Shown here: positions 29,201-38,102 of the stretch, one piece after another
How positions within the stretch are numbered: the stretch's first letter is position 1
Layout of the letters: each line of letters opens with the position of its first letter
NCBI RefSeq assembly: GCF_001570565.1
Contig: NZ_BBXE01000013.1
Location: forward strand, 264,984-328,983
Direction: 5' to 3'
Source: Herbidospora yilanensis
GTDB lineage: Bacteria; Actinomycetota; Actinomycetes; Streptosporangiales; Streptosporangiaceae
Length of the DNA stretch: 64,000 bases
Translations under genes and position numbers: made by a program
The notes under the pieces: generated by a model
Told to the model about the DNA's origin: nothing
The model's input: the letters and a program-made list of their open reading frames with translations, nothing else
Databases searched by the model: none

Positions 29201-30999
29201 TCCGACAGCGGCGCCGAGAGGGCCACGGTCGTGATCGCCTCGGCCTCCTCCGCGAGCGCGGAGACCGTGGCGTGGAAACCGGCGAACGCGTCGTCGCGTT
29301 GCAGGTCGGCGACCACCTGGGCGGCGGTCTCGGTCACCTGCCGCGCCACGGCCGAGGCGAGCGCGTCGAGGGCCGGGAGGTCGGCGTACCGGCGTTCGCG
29401 CAGTGTCACCAGGTGGCCCTGGGTCTGCCGCAGTTCGGCCAGCCGGGTGACGCCGGTCGAGCGGATCCCGGTGAAGCGGTCGCGGGCCTCGGCCACCGCC
29501 CGGGCGGCGTCCTCGGTCAGGCGCTGCACGTTCTCGAACTCGTCGAGCACCTGCTCCGCCGTCGCCCGCAGGGCCGCCAGCGGCTCGGCGAGGTCGTGTT
29601 CGCCGAGCCAGTGGTAGGCGTCGGAGATGCGGTCGCAGCCGGCGATCAGCGCCTCGAAGACGGCCTGCGCGGGCGCCATCTCGCCGACCATCCGGGCCAC
29701 CGACAGGCAGTCGGAGATGCCCCTGACCAGCTCCCCGTTGCCGATGCGCTCCAGCGGGCCGGTGCCGACCGGGGTGGCCGACTCGACCGCGAACGGGGTG
29801 TCCCACACCTGCATCGGGTGCACCCGCGACGGCTCGTCGGAGGTCCCCCGGAACACCACCAGCGTGCCGTCGTCGAACAACGAGTAGCCGTGACACGGCA
29901 GCGGGTTGGCGACCTCCTTGCGGATCACGTTGTACGGAAGCAGGAGGTATCGCCCCTCCTCCCGCGCGTGGAAGACGTAGAGCACGTCCTCCTCGCCCTG
30001 GATGGCCCGCTCGAACTCCAGCGCCGCCACGTCGGTCTCGAACGTCTTGGCCACGCCGGTCGTCAGGTAGTAGCCGCCGGGGAAGATGACCCCCTGGTCC
30101 TCGGGGAGCCGCCGGCAGGCCTGCCCGATCCCGTCGAGCCTGGTCACGCTCCTGGTACGGGTGTTGAAGACCAGGTAACGCCAGTCGGTCTCCTTGTAGG
30201 GCCGGATCTTGAGCAGGATCAGCGGCCCGACCCGCGCGTGGAACACGTCGGCGTCGGCGAGGCTCTGGAGCCGCTCGGTGACCGGTTCGGAGTAGACGCC
30301 CTCCCCCGACTCGGTGTTGTTCTCGACCTTGATGGTCAGGTCGCCGCCGACGGTCTCGACGAACAACTCGCCGCCGATGGAGATGTGCGGGTGCCGCCCG
30401 AGCACGTGGTCGTCGCGGGTGGTCTCGACCCACTCGAAGTCGTGGGAGGGCGGCAGGACGTGGTCGCGCTCGCCCCGCGAGTCGAGATAGGACAACGCGC
30501 CGTCGGCCGCCATCGTCCAGCGCAGCACCCGGACGTCCTGCGGCCCGGTCTGGAAGATCGCCAGGAGCTTGCCCTCGATCTTCCGCAGTTGCAGCAGCCG
30601 GGTGTCCTTGTAGTAGCGGTAGAGCTCGGCGAAGTCCTTCTCGAAGGCCGGGTCGCCGAGCACGCTCTCCGAGCCCGAGAAGGTGAAGGCGTCGCCGTCG
30701 CGGGAGAAGCGGTGGAAGGAGAAGACGTCGGAGACGCTGGTCCGCGGGCGCAGGCCGATGAACACGTTGTAGCCGAAGATCATGGTGTCGCCGGCGGAGA
30801 CCACGTCCCGGGGCACGCAGTTGTTCTCGGTGCGGATGCGCTCGGTTCCCACCAGCCGCATCTCCGAGCCGCCGAACACCGCGAGGCGCCGGGTGTTGAG
30901 CTCCCCGGCCCGGCCGGCCAGTTCCTTGGCCTGCTCGGCCAGCCGGGCGCGGAGGATCTCGTAGGTGCCGGCGTCGAGCCCGGTCATCCCCAGGGTCAC
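26278..30999 (-). CDS. giant (~1570 aa) flotillin-associated protein with extended central coiled-coil-like region and C-terminal AAA (MoxR/AAA_5-like) ATPase domain
   Basis: Walker A LLLISPPGYGKTTLMEY and Walker B VLLYLDDIQH; a long Ala/Glu/Arg/Leu-rich central region; GTG start overlapping the flotillin stop (GTGA). Confidence 0.8.
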   Translation of the reverse strand: MTLGMTGLDAGTYEILRARLAEQAKELAGRAGELNTRRLAVFGGSEMRLVGTERIRTENNCVPRDVVSAGDTMIFGYNVFIGLRPRTSVSDVFSFHRFSRDGDAFTFSGSESVLGDPAFEKDFAELYRYYKDTRLLQLRKIEGKLLAIFQTGPQDVRVLRWTMAADGALSYLDSRGERDHVLPPSHDFEWVETTRDDHVLGRHPHISIGGELFVETVGGDLTIKVENNTESGEGVYSEPVTERLQSLADADVFHARVGPLILLKIRPYKETDWRYLVFNTRTRSVTRLDGIGQACRRLPEDQGVIFPGGYYLTTGVAKTFETDVAALEFERAIQGEEDVLYVFHAREEGRYLLLPYNVIRKEVANPLPCHGYSLFDDGTLVVFRGTSDEPSRVHPMQVWDTPFAVESATPVGTGPLERIGNGELVRGISDCLSVARMVGEMAPAQAVFEALIAGCDRISDAYHWLGEHDLAEPLAALRATAEQVLDEFENVQRLTEDAARAVAEARDRFTGIRSTGVTRLAELRQTQGHLVTLRERRYADLPALDALASAVARQVTETAAQVVADLQRDDAFAGFHATVSALAEEAEAITTVALSAPLSERLAAQSDGLEALIEVVGTLEVEATARTVILEKVGAVLAEINRVRATLDARRRELLDAEGRAEFAAEFGLLGQAVTAGLTGADTPEKCDERLGRLLLQIEGLESRFGEFDDFLAQLERKREEVYEAFSARKQTLLDDRARRADRLAESADRILGTVRRRSATLASLDEVNAYFAADPMVAKLRAVAADLRELGDPVRADELDGRVRAARQEAGRALKDRTDLFDGDTVKLGRHRFAVNTQPLDLTLVPHEGSLSFAVTGTDYRAPVTGFDDTRHFWDQLLVSETTEVYRAEYLAASLFPVEGDPAEAVRRAAESRYDEGYERGVHDHDTVRILDVVTRLHASAGLLRHLPSARATAQFFWAHGNPSATWEIRAQSLTRARELFGGGTEALNTLAEELASAIEAHGCLDGPASLAADYLIEELASPPAGFVTSTAARSFLDAFREALGPERFAAFTAELSTLDLPARIQLARAWLAAFGKGEVSPEVVSLLLCDLPRYESAATLDGVVEGLLGAHPRIRGRSMEIRLDEFLARTRIFRAERVPAYRDYQRRRAELVAAEKKRLRLDEYRPKVMDSFVRNALIDQVYLPLIGDNLAKQLDHGMGLLLLISPPGYGKTTLMEYVASRLGLVFVKVNGPALGHEVTSVDPADAPDATSRSEVEKISFALEMGSNVLLYLDDIQHTSPELLQKFISLCDAQRRMEGVWNGTARTYDLRGKRFAVCMAGNPYTESGQVFRVPDMLANRADVWNLGEVLSGKDDLFALSYIENALTANSVLAPVSDHGEVEKLVRLARGEGSADQLSHPYSTVELDQILSVLRKMLRLQEVVLANNRAYIASAAQSDASRTEPPFLLQGSYRNMNKLAQRVVPVLTDAELEGVIDDHYLGEAQTLTSGAEANLLKLAELRGVLTDEQKVRWEEVKAAYRRAKAMGGDDDDPTTRTVSAITHLADRLSGAITSLNDGRRGGEPIEERYSVPE

Positions 31000-33005
31000 T
31001 TCTCGACCGGGGTGATCGCCGGGCCGCCGCCGTTCTTCATGAGGGTGGCGAGGAACGCCGACACGGTCATGTCACGGACGGCGCCCGAGTCGACCCCGGA
31101 CACGATCTTGGCGAGGTCGGCGCTGAGACTGGCGTCGCCGTTCAGGTAGGGGTCGGCGAGGGTGCGGGCCACCTCGGAGTTGTCGACGAAGCCGTCGATG
31201 CTCTTGCCCATGGTCACCGCGCCGACGAGCTTGTCGAAGAAGACGCTGTCGCCGCCGACGATGTCGATGTTGGCCTTCGACAGACCGGCCGACAGGACCT
31301 CGGCCTGCGCCTCGGCGACCCTGCGGTGCACCTCGACCCCGGCCAGGCGGATCTCCTTCTCGGCCTCCAGCCGCAGGCGGTACTCCTCGTGGACGCGGCT
31401 CGCGTCGGACATCGCGGCCAGCGCGGCGGCCTTCTCGGTGAGACCCTCGGCCTCGGCCTTCAGCTTCTCGCCGACCATCATCGCGGCGGCCACGGCCTTG
31501 GCCTGCTCGCCGTCGGCCTCGGCCTTCAGCCGCTCGCGGGTGCCCTCGGCCGACGCCATGGCCTTCTCGCGTTCGACGATCGCCTCGGCCTTGCCGACCT
31601 TCTCGATCGCGGCGGCCGTGCGCTCCTTGACCTGCACCTCGGCCAGGCCCGTCGCGGCGGCCTCGGCCTGCACGCCCTCGGCGAGGCGGATCTTGGCGCG
31701 GGCGTCGAGCTCGGCGGCCTGCTGGCGCGACTCGGCCAGCACCAGCGCCTCACGCGCCCTGAACTTCGACGCGGCCTCGGCGGCCTCGGCGGCCTTGATG
31801 TCCTTGACCAGGTTCTCCTGCGCCTCGGCCTCGGCGGCGATGATGACCGACTGGCGGGTGCGCTCGGCCTCCTCGACGACGCGCAGGCGCTTGATCTGCT
31901 CCTCCTGCTCGGCCACCGTCTTCTCGACCGCGATGCGCTCGCGCATGACCTCGGCGATCGAGCGCTTCTCGACCTCCAGTTCCTTCTCCTTGGCGATGCG
32001 CGACAACTCGGTCTCCCGCTCCCGGGCGATGACCTCCAGCAGGCGGTCCTTCTCGATGCGCTCGCTCTCGATGGCGATCACGCGCTCGCGGTTCTTCTCG
32101 GCGACGGCGACCTCGCGGGCCTTGTTCTCGCTCTGGACGCCGATCTGCTCGTCGGTCTTGATCGCGGCGGCCTGGGCCTTGAGGCGCTCCTCGGCGCGGA
32201 CCCGGGAGATCTCCGCCTCCTCGCGGGCCCGCATGGTCTCGACCTCGCGCTTCTGCTTGATCTCGGCGTCGGCCTGGCGGCGCTCCAGTTCGAGGATGGC
32301 CTCCCGGGCGTCGACGTTCTGCCGGGTGATCTCCTTCTCCTCGTTGCGCTGGAACTCGTTGGTCCGCACGTGCTCGATCGCGGTCAGCTCGGTGATCTTC
32401 CGGATGCCCTGGGCGTCGAGGATGTTGGCCGGGTCGAGCTTGGACAGCGGCGTCTGCTCCAGGTAGTCGATGGCCGCGTCCTCCAGCGAGTAGCCGTTGA
32501 GGTCGGTGCCGATGACGCGGATGATCTGGTCGCGGAACTCGTCGCGCTGGGTGTAGAGGTCGACGAAGTCGAGTTGCTTGCCGACGGTCTTGAGCGCCTC
32601 GGAGAACTTGGCGTTGAACAGGGCCTGGAGGGTCGACTCGTCGCTGGCCCGGGCGGTGCCGATGGCCTGGGCGACCTTCACGACGTCCTCGGCGGTCTTG
32701 TTCACCCGCACGAAGAAGGTGATCTTGATGTCGGCGCGGATGTTGTCACGGCAGATCAGGCCCTCGTGGCCGGACCGCTCGATCTCGATGGTCTTCACCG
32801 AGATGTCCATGAACTCGGCCTTGTGCAGCACCGGTAAGACCACGGCGCCGGTGAAGGTGACGTCGACCCGGCGCACCTTCGACACGATCAGGGCCTTGCC
32901 CTGCTCGACCTTGCGGAACAACCGGCTGACCACGATCACCAGTGCGATGACGACGATCAGGACGACCGCGATGAGTATGCCGGCTCCCGCCGAGATGACG
33001 TCCAT
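30996..33005 (-). CDS. flotillin-family protein (SPFH/Band-7 domain + long EA-rich coiled coil)
   Basis: N-terminal TM, an SPFH core, and the characteristic AEAEAQ/EAAEA flotillin repeats. Confidence 0.9.
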   Translation of the reverse strand: MDVISAGAGILIAVVLIVVIALVIVVSRLFRKVEQGKALIVSKVRRVDVTFTGAVVLPVLHKAEFMDISVKTIEIERSGHEGLICRDNIRADIKITFFVRVNKTAEDVVKVAQAIGTARASDESTLQALFNAKFSEALKTVGKQLDFVDLYTQRDEFRDQIIRVIGTDLNGYSLEDAAIDYLEQTPLSKLDPANILDAQGIRKITELTAIEHVRTNEFQRNEEKEITRQNVDAREAILELERRQADAEIKQKREVETMRAREEAEISRVRAEERLKAQAAAIKTDEQIGVQSENKAREVAVAEKNRERVIAIESERIEKDRLLEVIARERETELSRIAKEKELEVEKRSIAEVMRERIAVEKTVAEQEEQIKRLRVVEEAERTRQSVIIAAEAEAQENLVKDIKAAEAAEAASKFRAREALVLAESRQQAAELDARAKIRLAEGVQAEAAATGLAEVQVKERTAAAIEKVGKAEAIVEREKAMASAEGTRERLKAEADGEQAKAVAAAMMVGEKLKAEAEGLTEKAAALAAMSDASRVHEEYRLRLEAEKEIRLAGVEVHRRVAEAQAEVLSAGLSKANIDIVGGDSVFFDKLVGAVTMGKSIDGFVDNSEVARTLADPYLNGDASLSADLAKIVSGVDSGAVRDMTVSAFLATLMKNGGGPAITPVEK

Positions 33006-33007
33006 GA

Positions 33008-33517
33008 CTACAGGCCCCCTTCGTAAGGCATGACCCAGAAGAACTCGCCTTCCGCGTCATATTGGAAGATCAGCGCGGCCCCGCCCGCGCGGAAGACGTC
33101 GACGCCGGTCTGGCGCACCTGGATGACCGAGGTCGAGCCGTCGACGGCGCGGATCTCGGCCTGACCGAAGTCGGTGGAGACCGACTGGGTTCTGATGACG
33201 CAGATCTGCCCGACGAAGTCGTGCCGTGAGGGCACCTTCTCGGGCGCGGGCGTGAGGCGGCGTACCAGGAACGCGGCCCCGAGGCCCAGGACGAGCGCGG
33301 CGGCCAGGACCACCCAGCCGAGCGCCGGAAACAGCACGGATCCGGCCAGCGCGGCGAACCACCCCGTGGCCACGAACCCGGAGACCTCGGCCGCGGGCAG
33401 ACCGTCGAGGTCGACCACGCCGAAGGCCACGAGCAGCCAGAACCCGATGACGACGATCAGCGCGAAGCTGAACAGGACAGCCGGGAAGCCTAATGCGGCG
33501 TCCACGAAATCGCGCAA
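33008..33517 (-). CDS. NfeD-like membrane protein (YuaF-type, TM + C-terminal OB-fold)
   Basis: Three or four TM helices followed by a beta-rich C-terminal domain; a 2-nt gap to the flotillin start with a GAAGGGGG RBS. Confidence 0.65.
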   Translation of the reverse strand: MRDFVDAALGFPAVLFSFALIVVIGFWLLVAFGVVDLDGLPAAEVSGFVATGWFAALAGSVLFPALGWVVLAAALVLGLGAAFLVRRLTPAPEKVPSRHDFVGQICVIRTQSVSTDFGQAEIRAVDGSTSVIQVRQTGVDVFRAGGAALIFQYDAEGEFFWVMPYEGGL

Positions 33518-33601
33518 CTTCTATCCCCTTTACGGCATTTGCGCCGTCCCCTCTTGCAAACGTGGAATCTATCAGCGCGGTTCCGCAGGGAATAGGGTTA
33601 T

Positions 33602-34216
33602 TTATGCCGTACGCCCCCGCCGCGCGACGGCCCAAACCCCCAGCGCCGCCAGCGCGGCGATCTCCGTGAACACCAGCCCGCGCTCGACCGCCCCGAGCCC
33701 GACCGGCATGGCCCGCCACCAGGGGATCCCGTCGCGGGCGGCGGTGTAGCCGACCAGCACGATCCCGGCGATCCACCCGACGGCCCCGAACCCGAGCGCC
33801 GCCGCCACCTTCGCCATCGTGTCGCGCCACGGCCGGGCCAGCAGCAGCACGGCGACCGGCAGGCAGACGAAGGCCACCACGCTGCCGACGCGGTGCACCG
33901 AGCCGGAGAACGACGGCCCGACGGACCAGTCGTGCTTGGGGAAGGTCGCCACGACCAGCAGCCCGAGGCTCCACCCGGCCAGGGCGACCAGGCCCAGCGG
34001 CCGGGCCCGGCGCTGCGCGGCGAGGGTCGCCCCGATGCCGAGCGACCCCAGCGCGATCAGCGCCACCGAGACGCCGAACAACCAGGCGTGCTCGCCCAGT
34101 TGGTGTTCGCTGATCGTCCGGCGGGCCAGGTCGATGCCCGAGGAGAACTCCAGGGTCAGGATGGCGGCCGCGGCCACGGTGATGGCACCGAGACCGGCCT
34201 GGGCGGGAACGCGCAT
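33602..34216 (-). CDS. DUF998-type multi-pass membrane protein
   Basis: Six predicted TM helices; start chosen at MRVPAQAGLGAITVAAA. Confidence 0.55.
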   Translation of the reverse strand: MRVPAQAGLGAITVAAAAILTLEFSSGIDLARRTISEHQLGEHAWLFGVSVALIALGSLGIGATLAAQRRARPLGLVALAGWSLGLLVVATFPKHDWSVGPSFSGSVHRVGSVVAFVCLPVAVLLLARPWRDTMAKVAAALGFGAVGWIAGIVLVGYTAARDGIPWWRAMPVGLGAVERGLVFTEIAALAALGVWAVARRGRTA

Positions 34217-34234
34217 GCTCTCTAAAATGCCACC

Positions 34235-34678
34235 ATGCTCGTGGTGCAGCGGGTGCTGACTCGCTGGTCCAAGGCCGGTCGCGGTGCGGCCGCGGCCACG
34301 CTGCGGGGGTCGCTGCCGGATCGGGTGCCGCTGCCGGCCTGCACGGGAGACGCCGTCTTCCACGACGTGGTGCTCTCACCGCGCGCCGAGACGCTCCGGG
34401 AGCTGACCCTGCCCGCGACGGTGGCCGGCCTGCGCATCCGGCCCGGCGGCCGGGTGTCCCGGGCCCCCGTGCTCGCCTCCCATCCACGCGACCGGCGTCC
34501 GGTCGACCTGTTCACCCTGGCCCCCGGCCAGCGGGCGCGTTACCGGGCCAACTTCCGCTTCAGCGGATACGGCCTGGAGTGGCACTACGAACAGTGGACG
34601 GTCACACTGGCCCACGACGTCGGCCTGGAAGGCGCGTTCGACCACGAGGTCGACGACCGGGTCAGGCTCTATCCCTGA
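34235..34678 (+). CDS. hypothetical protein
   Basis: GC3-biased ORF divergent from the DUF998 gene; no recognisable motif. Confidence 0.4.
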   Translation: MLVVQRVLTRWSKAGRGAAAATLRGSLPDRVPLPACTGDAVFHDVVLSPRAETLRELTLPATVAGLRIRPGGRVSRAPVLASHPRDRRPVDLFTLAPGQRARYRANFRFSGYGLEWHYEQWTVTLAHDVGLEGAFDHEVDDRVRLYP

Positions 34679-35120
34679 GGGTCTTCAGGGCGCGGTCGGC
34701 GTGGTCGGTCATCATGACCTCGTTGTGGATGACGTCGAGGACGCGGAAGTCGGTGCCGATGACGAAGGTGATCCGCCGGGTGACGAACGGCCCCACGGCG
34801 ACCGAACGGCGCACCCCCATCTGCTTGGCCACCAGACCGTCCTCGTCGGACAGCAGCGGGTAGTCGAGCCGGTTGGCCTCGGCGAACATCTTCTGCCGTT
34901 TCACCTTGTCCTTGCTGATCCCGACGCGGACCGCTCCAGCGGATTTGAATTCGGCGGCCAGGTCACGGAAGTGACAGGTCTCGGCGGTGCACCCGGAGGT
35001 CATCGCCGCCGGATAGAAGAAGAGCACCACGGGCCCTTCCTTGAGGAACTCGCTCAGGCGACGGGTCTCCCCGTTCTCGTCCGGAAGCGCGAAGTCCGCG
35101 ACGAGTTCACCGATATTCAT
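34662..35120 (-). CDS. bcp: thiol peroxidase Bcp (AhpC/TSA family peroxiredoxin)
   Basis: FYPAAMTSGCTAETC contains the peroxidatic Cys motif. Confidence 0.85.
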   Translation of the reverse strand: MNIGELVADFALPDENGETRRLSEFLKEGPVVLFFYPAAMTSGCTAETCHFRDLAAEFKSAGAVRVGISKDKVKRQKMFAEANRLDYPLLSDEDGLVAKQMGVRRSVAVGPFVTRRITFVIGTDFRVLDVIHNEVMMTDHADRALKTLRDRA

Positions 35121-35736
35121 GCCTCACTTTCTACCAGTGCGGGGTGTCGGGAATCATCCGCCCGAACCACCACATCCGCCCAATCCTGCGGCCGGACCTC
35201 CTCGGCGTACCGCTCGAAGGCGGGCAGGGTCCATTTCTCCTCGGTACGCCGCTCCAACGCCTTCTTCGACAGGCTCAGGTGGACGGAGAAGTCGATCGGC
35301 AACCCCTGCCCGAGGAGCAGCGGCCCGTCGAGGACGACGACGGCGTTCTCCGGGAGGACCTGGTAGGGCGCGCGGGTGGCCCGGTCTCTGACCGGGTCCC
35401 ACAACGAGGGGACGACCCGGCCGGTGCCGCCCGGTTCGAGCGGCTGGAGGACCTCCCGCGTCAGGCCCTTCACGTCGAGCCAGCCGTCGTAGTAGGAGTC
35501 GGGGTCCTGCCTGCCGAACTCGTAGCGGAGCGACGCGGCTCTGAGGAAGTCGCGGGCCGACACCCTGAGGACGTGCCGGTGGACCCTCAGCCGCGCCGCG
35601 ATCCGGTCGGCCAGCTCCCCCGGCCGGGCCGCGTCGGCACCGTCGACGGCCACTCGCACCCACCCGGGCCGTTCGGAGATCGTCTCGGCCAGTTCCGTGA
35701 CGAGCCCCTCGACGGAGACCGGTCGTACACCCATCA
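35117..35736 (-). CDS. uridine-kinase-like P-loop NTPase family protein (degenerate Walker A)
   Basis: VAVDGADAARPGELADRIAARL at the P-loop position; the stop overlaps the bcp start. Confidence 0.55.
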
Positions 35737-35789
35737 GGCCATCATGCCCCGGTGGGGAAGTCTGCTGACAATATGGGGGCAGTACCCCC

Positions 35790-38102
35790 ATGTATGGGGG
35801 GAACCTCCCCCCAATACTGCTGGACGTGAGCGATTCGGCCGACCTTCCGCAGTTCCCCGGTGTCCTGGACACCGTGCGCGCCTGGCTCTCCTCCGCCGAT
35901 CCCCGGCCCCTCGTGCTGACCGGGCCGCCCGGCAGCGGCACCGCGGCGTTGCTGGCCCGGCTCGGCGAGCACCTCGCCGGAGAGCCGTCCGTCGTCGTCC
36001 GCGACGACCTCTGCGACGACCCCGCCCGGTTGCCGGCGCGGCCGGGTCTCCGCGTGATCACCCGGGCCCGCCGCCGGCACGACGGGCTGCTCTCCCTTCC
36101 GGTGCGGCCCCTGCGCGGCCACGGCCCCGACAGCGAGGTGGTCCGGTACTTCCTGCGGTGCCTGCGCCGCCACGACCCGACCGCCGTCGTCGCGGCCGAG
36201 GACCTGTCCCAGGTGAGCGAGGTCTGCGCGGCCTCGTTCGGGCTGTCCGCCGACGTCGACCTGCTGGCCGGGCTGGTCGCCCGCTACGGCCTGGCGGCCG
36301 TGCGCGACGCGGTCGCCGAGGACCACCAGCGCACCCGGCTGGCCGGGCTGCTCGGCGACGCCCACGGCCACCACGACCTGAGCGGCGACGAGATGGTCGT
36401 GCTGGCCTCGATCCTGGCGCTGCCGGGCGGGGCGAGCGAGAACGTGCTGCGCCACTCGTTGCCGCGGTGCGACATCGGCGGGCTGACCGCCTCCCTGGTC
36501 GAGCGCGGCCTGGTGGTGCGCGCCGAGCCCCGGCGCTGGCACCTGCGGGTGAGCGGCTTCCCGGCGGCGAGCTGGTGCGCCGCGCGGCCGGAGGTGTCGC
36601 TCGACGCGATCCGCCAGGCGCAGGCCGACTACCTGTCGGGCCAGGTCGCGCGGCTGGCCGCGGGTGTCTTCACCGACCACCAGCGGGCCGTGTTCGCCGA
36701 GTTCGACCACGAGCGGCGCAACCTCAACGCCGCCGTCGCCGAACTCGTCGGCGGCGGCCGGTACGCCCAGGCCGTCGCCCTCATGCGGGACGCCCTGCCG
36801 TTGCTGGCCCGCACCTCCGGCGTGGCCGGGCTGCTGCCGCACCTGCTGCCGGTCATCCGCAGGTACGCGCCCGCGACCCCGGCCGAACGGCACACGTTGT
36901 CGCGGCTGGCCGTGCGGGTGTTCGCGGCCGGAGGGGAACAGGAGGCCGCCGCCGTCTGCTTCGACGCGCTGCCGGAGACCGACCCGGACGTGCCGCTGCT
37001 GGCGGCCCTCGTGCACGCCGTGCCCGACCCGGAGGAGCTGGCCGCCTGCGTGCGGACCGCCCGCGAACAGGGCGACGCGGTCCGGCTGGGCGAGTCGGTC
37101 GGCGAGTACGTCGCCTGCCTGGCCCGGCTGCGCCGGTTCGACCGCGCCGACGCCGAATGCCGTACCGCCCTGTTCGAGGCGATGTGCGGCGGGGACGACC
37201 ACGCCGCGGCCTCGTTGCTGCTCTGGCGCGCGGCCGCCGCCACCGCCCTGGCCACCGGCGACAGCCGCCTGTACGTCGAACGGGCCCTCGCCAAGCTGCT
37301 GCCCCTCGGCCCGGCGGCGGCCATGTCGGCCATCGCCGCCGTGGTCGACGGACGCCACCAGCGCGACCTCCAGCAGAGCGCCGTCGACCTGGCGATGGTC
37401 GCCGGGTCGCTCGGCCGGGCCTGCGCGGCCGAGACGGAGCGTCCGGTCGAGGTCGGCGGGCTGCTGACCGGGCGCATCGGCGTCCGGCCGCTGCGCCGCT
37501 GGGTGACGGCGGGAGAGGGGGTCGACCTCGCCGACCTGCTGTGCGAGATCCTCCAGCGCAGGTTCGGCGACGACCCGGCCGCCCCCCGGCCGGTGCCGCA
37601 GGGCTCCGTCGACCCGAGGGTGCTGCGGGAACGGTCGCGGCTGACCGCCCGCGAGTCGGAGGTCGCCGGGCTGGTCGCGACCGGCCTGACGAACAAGCAG
37701 ATCGCCCGCCGGTTGCGCATCTCCGAGTGGACGGTGGTCAACCACCTGCGCCAGGTGATGCGCAAGCTCGACTGCGCCTCCCGGGTCCAGGTCGCCCGCT
37801 GGGTGCACGATCTGGAGGCCGGGTCAGCCCGTCTCGAACCGGCCGACGGCGACGGTGTGCAGCAGGGCCGGGTCGACCAGCGAGGCGAAGTCGGCCGTGA
37901 CGAGGTCGGCGTCCAGCGCGGCCAGCAGCCCGAGGTGCCGGTCGACGTACTCCGGGGGGTCGATGCCGCACGAGAGGAGTTCCGCGTACTGCTGGGTCAC
38001 GGCCAGGGTGGACTCGTACAGTTCGGGCGCGGCGGCGAGCATGCGGTCCCTGACCCGCGTGACCAGCCCCCCGTCGACGTCACCCTCGCGGAGCTGCGTT
38101 AA
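35790..38102 (+). CDS. LAL-type (large ATP-binding LuxR) transcriptional regulator
   Basis: N-terminal P-loop LVLTGPPGSGTAALLARL; C-terminal LuxR HTH ESEVAGLVATGLTNKQIARRLRISEWTVVNHLRQVMRKL. The first in-frame stop falls ~280 nt inside the convergent M16 gene. Confidence 0.75.
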   Translation: MYGGNLPPILLDVSDSADLPQFPGVLDTVRAWLSSADPRPLVLTGPPGSGTAALLARLGEHLAGEPSVVVRDDLCDDPARLPARPGLRVITRARRRHDGLLSLPVRPLRGHGPDSEVVRYFLRCLRRHDPTAVVAAEDLSQVSEVCAASFGLSADVDLLAGLVARYGLAAVRDAVAEDHQRTRLAGLLGDAHGHHDLSGDEMVVLASILALPGGASENVLRHSLPRCDIGGLTASLVERGLVVRAEPRRWHLRVSGFPAASWCAARPEVSLDAIRQAQADYLSGQVARLAAGVFTDHQRAVFAEFDHERRNLNAAVAELVGGGRYAQAVALMRDALPLLARTSGVAGLLPHLLPVIRRYAPATPAERHTLSRLAVRVFAAGGEQEAAAVCFDALPETDPDVPLLAALVHAVPDPEELAACVRTAREQGDAVRLGESVGEYVACLARLRRFDRADAECRTALFEAMCGGDDHAAASLLLWRAAAATALATGDSRLYVERALAKLLPLGPAAAMSAIAAVVDGRHQRDLQQSAVDLAMVAGSLGRACAAETERPVEVGGLLTGRIGVRPLRRWVTAGEGVDLADLLCEILQRRFGDDPAAPRPVPQGSVDPRVLRERSRLTARESEVAGLVATGLTNKQIARRLRISEWTVVNHLRQVMRKLDCASRVQVARWVHDLEAGSARLEPADGDGVQQGRVDQRGEVGRDEVGVQRGQQPEVPVDVLRGVDAAREEFRVLLGHGQGGLVQFGRGGEHAVPDPRDQPPVDVTLAELR

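Noticed and set aside
26251-31149. Two long + ORFs (26251..28263 and 28369..31149)
   Set aside because: They are antisense shadows of the giant AAA-ATPase gene, with Gly/Arg/Val-rich, motif-free translations.
33057-34487. 476-aa minus-strand ORF
   Set aside because: Poly-Arg/Pro/Gly translation that overlaps the real NfeD-like and DUF998 genes in other frames.
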